From Squalus acanthias (lineage: Eukaryota), in contig CM059432.1 of NCBI GenBank assembly GCA_030390025.1, positions 127,226,001 through 127,290,000 on the forward strand: a stretch of 64,000 nucleotides of DNA, written 5' to 3'. The notes below the pieces were generated by a model. That model saw only the letters and a program-made list of their open reading frames with translations. It ran no database searches and had not been told where the DNA came from. Positions 1-9,610 of this stretch are shown here, piece by piece. How positions within the stretch are numbered: the stretch's first letter is position 1; every line of letters begins with the position of its first letter. The position numbers and the translations under genes were made by a program.

Positions 1-265
1 TTTAGCAATCATCAACTTCATGGCATACATAACTTCATATAACTAAAAATGATTACAGTTAAATGACCAATTGGATGTGAAAGTATCACCCTGGCCCCTG
101 AACCATTGTATAATTATTCAACCACTGTTTTCTTCTTTAGAACAAGTTATCTTGAATGGGAGAAAACTTATGAAACTCTGGCAGAGATGGTGGTCCCACG
201 GTCAAGCAAGTAAGGGAGGTCTTTGATCTATTTTCTGTAATCTTTCTATCCAGTATAAGCTGAAA

Positions 266-552
266 TCTCTGGGAATCACCTGGGAATCTCTGGCCCAAGA
301 CCGCACAAAGTGGAGGAGAAGCATCCGGGAAGGCGCCGAACACCTCGAGTCTCTTCGCCGGGAGCAAGCGGAAGCGCAGCGCAAGGAGCGCACATCAACC
401 CAAGCACCCCACCCACTCACCCCTTGAACCACCGTCTGCCCCACCTGTGAAAGAGACTGTAGGTCCCGCATTGGACTCATCAGTCACCTGCAAACTCATT
501 TTTAATGTGGAAGCAAGTCATCCTCGGTTCCGAGGGACTGCCTAAGAAGAGG
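266..552 (+). mobile_element. 5'-truncated RTE-clade LINE 3' end
   Basis: Translates to WESLAQDRTKWRRSIREG and VCPTCERDCRSRIGLISHLQTHF* (C-terminal C2H2-like motif typical of RTE ORFs). Flanked by 11-bp direct repeat ATAAGCTGAAA (255-265 / 553-563). Confidence 0.8.
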
Positions 553-682
553 ATAAGCTGAAAACCTGTGCAATGCGTTCTAACCTCTGACTTTGATTTT
601 GGTGTGGAGCAGCTTAATCCAACTATTTAGAAGTGAGAAGTCGCACAACACCAGGTTATAGTCCCAACAGCTTTATTTGAAA

Positions 683-719
683 TCACAAGCTTTCGGAGCG
701 CTGCTCCTTCGTCAGGTGA
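683..719 (-). ncRNA. Minimal type-I hammerhead ribozyme motif (family A)
   Basis: Minus strand: TCAC-CTGACGA-A-GGAGC-agc-GCTCC-GAAA-GC-T-T-GTGA. CUGANGA and GAAA core, 5-bp stem II, stem I UCAC/GUGA, palindromic AGCU stem III. Confidence 0.8.
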
Positions 720-1345
720 AGTGAAGAAATACAAATGGGCACAGCATATATAGACAGAGAACAATGCCTGTGCAGAGAACAATGCCAGACGACTACAGTT
801 AATCTTTCTGACTGCCCTTTATCACACCTCGGCAGAGAGACAATCACGGCAATCAAAGGTGTTCAACCAGGTCAGTCAGGAAGACATTACATCAAAGACG
901 ATAGCAAAATACAACAAAGACAATGAGGTGGGGTCACAGGGGGTCTAATGTGGCAGATGCTGCAGTCTGTATGGAAAACCAAAAACTTTAAACTTTACTT
1001 TTTTTGATGGAAATCCCCAGCAGGTCCGGCCGCATCTGTGAACAAGCCAACGACGACTTGAGTCTGGATGACTCTACGTCAGGTGGGGTTACATGTAGCG
1101 TGACATGAACCCAAGACATGTCACACTACATGTGACCCCACCTCATTGTCTTTGTTGTATTTTGCTATCGTCTTTGATGTAATGTCTTCCTGACTGACCT
1201 GGTTGGATTTGATTGCCGTGATTGTCTCTCTGCCGAGGTGTGATAAAGGGCAGTCAGAAAGATTAACTGTCGTCGTCTGGCATTGTTCTCTGCACAGGCA
1301 TTGTTCTCTGTCTATATATGCTGTGCCCATTTGTATTTCTTCACT

Positions 1346-1383
1346 TCACCTGACGAAGGAGCAGCCGCTCCGAAAGCTTGTGA
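1346..1383 (+). ncRNA. Minimal type-I hammerhead ribozyme motif (family A)
   Basis: TCAC-CTGACGA-A-GGAGC-agcc-GCTCC-GAAA-GC-T-T-GTGA; core intact; followed by AATAAA at 1389-1394. Confidence 0.8.
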
Positions 1384-1859
1384 TTTCAAATAAAGCTGTT
1401 GGACTATAACCTGGTGTTGTGCGACTTCTCACTTTTGTCCACCCCAGTCCAACACCGGCATCTCCGCATCATGGCAACTATTTAGAAGCAGTGTAGTTAT
1501 TGGGTCTAAGCTTAATTTAAGGCTGAACTAACTTAACTTTCAGTTAGCGATGATAGAGATTCCTGGTATACTTCAGTTTAGCAGCTTAATAGTGCAGTAT
1601 TTTAATATGAACATGCTATTCTGTAACATGGGGCACTAAATTAACCACTATACATGCATACCAACTGATAGTTTCATGCTGATGGTCAGTATTTGCTGAC
1701 AACATTCAGCACAAATTGGACTGGATTCCTCTACCCTCAGTGAGGCTCCTTTGAGACTCCTGCTGCTAATGGAAGGGATTCTAGCTGGTGCATATTGTAG
1801 GCAGGAATTATCATCTACTGTATGCAACAGCTGGAATCCTTTCAATTAGCAACAGGACT

Positions 1860-2260
1860 CTATAGGAATGACGCTGAAGGGACAGGAGGGAGGGAAATGG
1901 ATGTCAACTGAATGGGAACGGGAAGGGAGAGGGGTAAGAACCTGGGAGTGGTACTTCGGCTGGGGGTAAGAGGGGAGAGGCTCAGCAGTGTTTTGGGAAG
2001 GGGAGGAGGCAGAGTGCCAACATGAACTGAGGGGGGAAGAGAGAAAGCATGCCAGGTTCAATGGGAGGAGAGTGGTGAAAGAATACGAGTTGGAGGGGGG
2101 AGAAGAGTCACAAGTTGAATTGGCGGGGGGAGAAGGGGTGGAGGGAGAAAAGACTGTCGGGTTGAATTGAGGGGAGGAAAAGGGAGAAGAGTACAATGAA
2201 CTGGAAGGGTTGGAGGAGGAGAAAGTGCCTCTTTGAAAGTGTGGAGAGTTGGATGGGTAC
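1860..2260 (-). mobile_element. Highly decayed purine-rich LINE remnant (L2-like?)
   Basis: G/A-rich tract resembling the antisense of L2 ORF2 seen at 60-61 kb; no diagnostic motif recovered. Confidence 0.25.
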
Positions 2261-3125
2261 ATTTACTTAGAATTTATGTGGAAGAGTGACTTTTGGGAAA
2301 GTGGTGGTATGTTAATTCAGTTTAAAAAATCTGTGAAAAATACAAATACTTACAATTAACCAGAATGCATAATTTTTAATGTCAAATTTTCAAGTGGAGC
2401 ATGCTCCCAGACCCATTAGCAATGTATCACCAATTTTAGATCTTTAGCATTTCCTTCTTCAGCTTTTCATGTACTTAGGTTTTCTTTCCTCCAACACAAG
2501 TGAAGGAATGTTTGGTATACCTGCAACCTGTTACAAAGCTTGTGCAACTACTTGTTTTCACATGTTGTAGGCTTATAATCAGGCTGTTCTTACGATGTCA
2601 GCTTTTGCTCATTTTCTATGTTGCTTATAATTCCTCACATGGTGAAGTTTGGAACTCAGGTGGCCATTCCAAGGGGGAGACGTAGCAGAGGCTGGGTGTT
2701 TGCTGACCGGGCGAGAGTTGGACGGGGTAGAAGTTACCTGCCTCACTCTTGCATTCTTTTCCAGTGTTCTCAAAAGAGTGAGGTCCCCTGCTCACCTGTG
2801 GTGTACAAGATGGCAAGAGAAGAAGCGGGGAGAAGATGTTGGGCAAATTTTTAAATAATTATCTTGTATGTTGGTCAGGCATGCAATATGGATTGAACTG
2901 CTCTGCTTTTTAGCATTAAAAAGAACTGATTTATATTTAAAATGTATGTCACTTGTGCTTAACATGCTGTGAGTGAACATAGAGTGGGTACATTTGTGAA
3001 CAGGATAACAATCTTCTTGTACTTTAAATGTATTAAAAATCAGGCCTCCGAAATCTAAGCAATGATGTATAATGATTTTCGATGTGCCATTTTTTTTATA
3101 AGAGACTTTTTTTCCCTCCTAAAAG

Positions 3126-3218
3126 GGTGATATGTGATGACAACGATAGTGGCTTGTTCACGGTAACGTTGTTCAGGAAGGCAGTTGATGACTTTCGACT
3201 AAAGGCCAGAGAGAACAA
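3126..3218 (+). CDS. ATP6V1C1: V-type proton ATPase subunit C1, internal exon (93 nt)
   Basis: AAAAG acceptor / GTAAGG donor. Encodes [31 protein letters not shown], matching the V-ATPase [18 protein letters not shown] segment. Confidence 0.95.
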
Positions 3219-3306
3219 GTAAGGATTTCTTTCCAAATAATTTCCTTTAGAGCTCTGCATTTCAGAAATGGTTGCACTCAGTTTTCTTTCCTTCCCTTCC
3301 ATTCAG

Positions 3307-3400
3307 GTTTATTGTTCGGGATTTCCAGTATAATGAGGAGGAGCTGAAAGCAGATAAAGAAGAAATGACTCGACTTTCAACTGACAAAAAGAAACAGTTT
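3307..3400 (+). CDS. ATP6V1C1: V-type proton ATPase subunit C1, internal exon (94 nt)
   Basis: Pyrimidine tract + TTCAG acceptor, GTATGT donor. Encodes [31 protein letters not shown]; phase is compatible with neighbours. Confidence 0.97.
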
Positions 3401-4269
3401 GTATGTATTCAAATCTAAACGTGATACAGGCCACAGCCTATGCAGCTGTAAAAGTCACGTTCTTCATGTGCAGTGTACTCCTAGAATGAGCATATAACTG
3501 GTCATTCAATACAACTTAGTGCACAATCTGTGCTGTAGGTTGATGACCATTTAGAAACTTAACAAAAAAATATGTAGTGGCATTCTTATTACTTGTACTG
3601 GATTGGTTTTCAGCAGAGTCAGTAATTTAGCATCAGGTGAAGAAATTTGAGGATCGACGTGTCTTCATTAAAATTGCCAGGACATTGCTAATCTAATAGG
3701 TAGCTACTCTCTAATAAACATTTACAATAGAACCTCGCCCTATTCAAGTAATTTCAAAGTAGGAGGACCACACTGTACTAAACTCTGGCCTACTGAAACT
3801 CTAAATTTAACAATGGCCTCCCAGACCTGGTGATTTACCCTCTTGCAGACAATAGTCTAGGTATAGAGGGAGCAGCACTGAGAAGCCCATAAGTCAAATC
3901 ATGGAACCCAACCGCATCACCAGAGTAACAAACGTTGCGGCAAATATAAAGTGTTGCTTGCAGGAGGGAGATTCACTGGAGCTGGGAGGTGTTCATCAGT
4001 TCTGGAGTTGGATACAGTGAGAACCTACTACAGTAAAATGGAAATCATAGTCCAGATGCTTTTGCCAAAAATATTCTTTAGATCTGATTGGTTAACAAGT
4101 TTGCCATGGGTGCTGTTTTTATTTCTCACTAGATTGAGTGTGTTTTTCTTATTGCATCCTTCAAGCAATTGGAATGTTTGATTTCTGGGGGTTTAGGTGG
4201 AATGACTTCATACTGGCCAGCATTTAACCATCAACCGACACCATCAAAAACAGAAAAACTGGCCATTAA

Positions 4270-4430
4270 TCCCATTGCTGTTTGTGGGACCTTGCTGTGC
4301 GCAAATTGTTGTCGTGTTTGCCTACAAAACAGTGACTACAATTCAAAAGTAATTAATTGGCTGTAAAGCACTTTGAGATGTCTTGATGACATCAAAGTTG
4401 CTATATACATGTAAGTTTGTTTGTTTTTTC
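4270..4430 (+). mobile_element. DeuSINE (SacSINE1-like) 3' fragment
   Basis: CATTGCTGTTTGTGGGACCTTGCTGTGCGCAAATTG...GGCTGTAAAGCACTTTGAGATGTC matches the reverse complement of the SINE at 52884-53349. Confidence 0.7.
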
Positions 4431-5107
4431 TTGGAAATAACAATTTTAATGATTTCAGTAATGAAAGAAATCACCTGCAAAGTAGCTTGACTCCATGAAC
4501 AACTCTTAGAATTTTTTAAGAATTCCATAAACAAATTTAGAACATATACTTGAAAGACCAGCTGCAACGACTTGGAGCAGCCCATTTGTAGGTTTATGGG
4601 TATCCAGTTATATTTTGCTTAATTGTTATTTTTAGGTTTGCATATTGGTGATTGTTGGTTGCTGCTCTTTCTACCTTTCTAGTGAATGGAACTTGTTTTT
4701 TATTGGTTCACATTTAGTTAGTGGGATATTTGAGGTAATCAATATGATTAACTGAACCAAGTATTGGTTATGTGGGATTGTCACTTTTTTGTGTTAATTT
4801 TAAATAAAAGAATGTTTTTTTAAGTGGCTGGTTGATGTAAGGTGTTGGGACTAATTGGATATTTAAATTAATTGATTTCATATTAAAATAGGTGCAAAGT
4901 AACATGACCATAGCTTGCAACCTAGTGGAGTACAGGCAAAGTCCACCGCAGAGCTGCTTAATGTGTGACTTGATGAAACCAGTTCACTGACAAATTCTTG
5001 CATCTTAAAAGGATTCAAGAGAGAAATTCAATAAAATAAAATTTTAGTATTGTAAATCCCAGTTCACCAAAAAGTTGACAGATGTCAACCAGCATAGTTT
5101 CCCCAAA

Positions 5108-5126
5108 TCTCTCGCTCTCGCTCTCG

Positions 5127-5183
<57 letters not shown>
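5108..5183. repeat. (CT)n microsatellite with CG-interrupted 5' end
   Basis: Directly visible tandem dinucleotide run. Confidence 0.97.
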
Positions 5184-5186
<3 letters not shown>

Positions 5187-6119
5187 TTGGTTCTTTGTGC
5201 CTTTCAACTGTACATGTGATGTGGTCAGTATTATTGCTATCCAGTACATCACAACATTAAATAATTATAACCTGAAAAAAATATAGCAACAAATGAAATG
5301 TAAAAGGCCTGTATTACTAGTAGAAGGCACAGAAGTTTGAATGTCATTGCATCAAATTCCACTTGTATTTCCTCATTTCTCCCCTGGTTTTCTCTCTTCC
5401 CCCCCCCCCCCCGCATTTTTTTTCTACCTGGGGAAAAAAAACTAAAGTTGCCAGGAATTTAAAAAATAGCATAGCTCAGGAACCATAGGAATGATGTATA
5501 TTGCTCTGTTTGTATTTCTCTCAATATTAGAAAACAACAGCCACAATCTTCCTTTTGAGCTGCATTAGTTTTTGCTGATCAGTTCAGCTTTCCCCAGATG
5601 GTTCCACTGCTGCAGTAATTTAAATTAAATGTTAAAGGGAAGCAAATTAGGACAAATGGTTTGAACACTTGTCCACAAATCCTTTCTTGATAAAGGTTCA
5701 GTTGATTATTAATTGCATTTGTTAGCAGCAAATGCTGTCTCAGCAAATCAAGAAAAAATCCTGTTAGATAATCTAAAAGTGATGGAAGCATCCAATTACT
5801 TTGCTCTTTCAAGAATACAGAAAACATTGTTAACACATTGCAAAGTAAGATGTGTGCAATCGAAATAAACTAGGCAGAGCTGCACATTGATGAGATGACT
5901 TTTTTTTATTTTGCCAATAACCATATGTTTGGACAAATGTAACTGTTCTCTGGATTTGAATTCTGGTTGTACAATGGATCTAGAGAAGATTCTTGAAGTA
6001 ACCATGATTTAAAAGCTTAATCAGTAAGATTACCAAAGTAATTACCATTGCAGTTTGAATTTATTTTGGGTACTAGTTGATTTCCTGTAGCATTGCACAT
6101 TGTGAGTTAAGAGCAAATG

Positions 6120-6890
6120 TATTGTACAGCTTCAGTGGGGTTAGAGGGCAGGAGGATAATTGGACCTGGCACAGGACTTTGATGCTGCAGGCTAGAAGAG
6201 GCTGAATGGAATGGCAAAGTGAGTGGGGTAAGAAAGGGAAGGAAGAGCATGGTTAGAGGGGAGGGCGAAGGTAGAAGGGTCAGAGGCAGGGGAGAAAATT
6301 GAAAGATGCGAGAGCACACGGGAACTTGCTGCACCTTTGAGACCAGTGATGCCACCGCGTTAAGTCTGGCAAGAGTGAGGGCCTGGGGAGGGGAGGACAT
6401 TTAAGTGACCTGATTGAGGTTCTGTCTTTTCTGACTTAATTTCAACATCCTGGGAGGGAGAGGAGCAAAATCTCTGCCTTGCCATTAGTACTGGTTCCTT
6501 GCAGTGATTCCCAAAAGAAGTACAACTGTGCAGTTTCTCACAATCTGGATATAATTCATTGTAAATGGCGCTGTGGGACTTGACAGTTTTCAAAGAGTTG
6601 AGGTGCAAGCTGGGGTGAGAGCATATCTGTTGAACTGCAGGCAGAAGTTTGGGCGGCAAGGATTAACAAATGGCGGCAGGCTGTGGTGAGGCAAACATGA
6701 ACTCAGTCAGAGGGGCAGAAGTGCGATCAGGGCCCTGAGAGCATTTAGGCTTGGAAATGTGCGAGGAAGCAGTGACTGGTGCAGAATGAGAGTAGCTATG
6801 GCAGACAGACGATGGAGGGTGGGAGAGATGGACAGCGATAGCCTCATCAGCTGAAGACAGCGGGAAGCAGAATGAAACTCTGCAAGGGAG
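6120..6890 (-). mobile_element. Decayed LINE remnant (L2-like?)
   Basis: Purine-rich tract with LINE-like composition; only weak similarity recognisable. Confidence 0.25.
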
Positions 6891-7776
6891 ACTCGCTAAT
6901 TATATTATATTTGGGAGCTGGGGAATATATTCATTTAGAGTGGAATATATGTATTTCTAGAACTTGGGAATATGTATATTCATATAAAAATGTAAAGTAA
7001 AACACATTAAAAAGTAGCCTAGGGGCACCAGTTGCAGGTGATGAAGCCAGCCAGAAGCAGGCATCCAATTAAACTTCAAATTTTAGAGGGGAGGCAGGAG
7101 GCTGAAATGTGGCAAGATCTTAAAAAATAGAGAAAATATTACAATTAAAATTGAAGTATTGAGATGCCACCTAGAGGCATGACAGAAATGGTGACGAATA
7201 ATGAGGAATGCACGGTGTATGTACAGAATTTAATATGGATAGATTGAGTTAAATGGGTGCTTCATTTTTGGATGAGGGAAAATTATAAAAAATACCTGAT
7301 GGTCGTCAACACCATGCCTTGCCACAACCACGTGCTGTGCTGCAGTCCCTGTCTAACAATTTTAAACGTTTATATGAAAACTGCTGTTGCAAATGACCTT
7401 TGACACAAGAATGTTTGCTTGCAATAGGCATTTTGTACTCGAAGGCTAAAAAGTGTACAAGTAATGAGAGTATAAAATAAAAACAAATTATCCAATTTGG
7501 GTGGCAAATCTGTTAATGCAGCACTGGAATAAATTAAAATAGAGGATTCCTTCATATTTTGCAATATTACTTTTATAAAAAACAGTAAATACAGGTAACC
7601 AAGTGCACAGATTTTGTTTTATACATCCTAGTTGAAAAATAAATATCTCTCAGTTTTGTAAATGATTATCGTAGAGCTTGAGGCTAAACAAGTGATATTG
7701 TGGAAAAAGATACAGAAGACTAACAGCATTGCAATAAACTAGTCTTTGCTTAAAGTGCTAAACTGTTTGTTTACAG

Positions 7777-7874
7777 GGTCCCTTGGTGCGATGGCTGAAA
7801 GTTAACTTCAGTGAAGCTTTCATTGCATGGATTCATGTGAAAGCATTACGGGTTTTTGTGGAGTCTGTTCTCAG
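7777..7874 (+). CDS. ATP6V1C1: V-type proton ATPase subunit C1, internal exon (98 nt)
   Basis: TTACAG acceptor / GTATGG donor; encodes [33 protein letters not shown]. Confidence 0.98.
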
Positions 7875-8494
7875 GTATGGTTGATTAGTAACTTCACTAA
7901 TTTGAAATTTCACACGATGCAATTGTAAATGCTATCGCACAATCTCCTTTTTAAGCTTTTCGTTAGTTTCAACTCTTACTTTTATCATCAACTTAATTTA
8001 TAATCATTGCATAATAGTTCCACAAAATTAGAGGTTGGTTATTTGACTATGGTCAGAAGCCTCTTTTCTTCGATCGTACTTGACATCTCACTCAAGGTAA
8101 ATCACCTCTCCAGAAATCCAACTTTGGAGATGAAATTGTTTGATCTTCCAACTTTTGCACTATTTAAGGTCATCTCTGGTTGGTGATCAGCTTTTGTTTT
8201 TCTATTTCTTTCACTTTCGATTTGTGTTGGATTATGTTTGCTGTATCATATCTGAAAATAAGTATTGTGATGCTCTCTCTTTGGTTTGAATTATATTTTT
8301 ATAACTATCTCGGCCACACTGATGAATGACATTGCTATACAAATGAAGTATGGGATAAGGAGAGGTGGTACCTTTTGTTAAATGATGTTTCAAGCTGGTA
8401 ATTCAGAATTACAAGTAATGACTGACTTCAGCCACAAACTATCTTATACTGAATAAAACATTTAATTGGATATTGGTTTATATGCAAAATCCAC

Positions 8495-8612
8495 TCAGTT
8501 CTGAGGAAGGGCTCAAACCTGAAACATCAACTGACTTGTTTTCTGTCTGACCTGCTGAGTTGTCTCCAGCATTGTTTTAAATTTCCAACATCTGCAGTAT
8601 TTTGCTTTTTGT
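8495..8612 (+). mobile_element. Old PLE family-B mini-copy with degenerate hammerhead motif
   Basis: TCAGTT-CTGAGGA-AGGgctcaaaCCT-GAAAC-ATC-AACTGA, then GACCTGCTGAG...CCAACATCTGCAGTATTTTGCTTTT tail homologous to 13418-13550. Confidence 0.65.
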
Positions 8613-9376
8613 TACATGGTGTGTTTCCACCCAAATCTTTGACCACTGAGTATTTCAAGCAAAGATGGATTGTGGGAAATGTGTTTAATTAAAATGTCAA
8701 TTCTCGGATTTTCCAATAACTTGAATTGTGATTTTAAAGAATGAAGGACATATGAACATAAGCTATATAATTGTCCAGCCATGTCTAATTCACAAGATAT
8801 TCATTCACCACTAGTTCTTTTGCAAAAGTTTAAAATTGTTTATGGTGCAGTTTAAATCATGCATCGAGTGGTAAGACCCATCTCCACTATTGACAACCAT
8901 GCAGGGTAGGTTTTCTCCCCTCAATTGTAGTCTCAGTTCACATGAAACTTGAGCAGATCTCTAGAAGGTAGTGTTGGGCAAGAAGCTCCAATGATTATTG
9001 CCCTTCATCTGGGTAGAAACACGCAGGCTTTCAAATCATGGGTCTGCCTTTCCTCATTTTACTTTTAAGAAAAAGACCAACATCAAGAATGAACTGAATG
9101 CTGCATAGAATATGTTTTTAGAAATAGAGAAATGTTGAGTACATTGGGCTGCTAAGCTTACACCAAATTCTATCACTGTTATCCAGAACTTTGCACCAGT
9201 GTTGGGGACAGAATCAAGTATAGTAGTCAAAGAAAGTCTCCATATTCAGAGCTAGCACAGAAAAAAAATGTCTCTGCTGCTTTTATGGCTATTCAGGTCT
9301 TCTTCAAGGGTGTGACCTTGAAATTGAGCTCCGTATCAGGCACTGGTATGAGCCGTCTGAAGCAGATTACACAACT

Positions 9377-9610
9377 ACAATAGCAAAATACTGCGGATGC
9401 TGGAAATCTGAAATAACAACAGAAAACGCTGGAAAAACTCAGCAGGCCAGGCAGCATCTGTGGAGAGAGAAACAGAGTTAACGTTTCAGGTCGAAGACCT
9501 TCCGTCAGAACTCTGACAAAAGGTCATCGACCTGAAACGTTAACTCTGTTTCTCTCTCCACAGATGCTGCCTGGCCTGCTGAGTTTTTCCAGCGTTTTCT
9601 GTTGTTATTT
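9377..9610. mobile_element. Short fold-back PLE derivative (family B) with two back-to-back hammerhead motifs
   Basis: Near-perfect palindrome centred at ~9511; TSD CAGATTACACAACT (9363-9376 / 9611-9624). HHR-like cores at 9476-9512 (-) and 9513-9545 (+), each with one core substitution. Confidence 0.85.

Larger units (their letters stand above)
634..1474. mobile_element. Fold-back PLE derivative (family A): inverted pLTR arms plus 3' tail
   Basis: Arm ~631-938 is the reverse complement of ~1131-1434. There is a unique ~40-nt tail at 1435-1474 and a TSD CAACTATTTAGAAG (620-633 / 1475-1488). Each arm has a hammerhead motif. Confidence 0.85.

Noticed and set aside
735..1330. Near-identical small ORFs MGTAYIDREQC.. 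on both strands (also at 32266-32837)
   Set aside because: By-product of the inverted arms; they lie antisense to the pLTR, differ by frameshifts and have no protein signature.
2640..2850. GC-richer intronic block as a possible extra exon or snoRNA
   Set aside because: No V-ATPase-like translation and no convincing box motifs found by eye.
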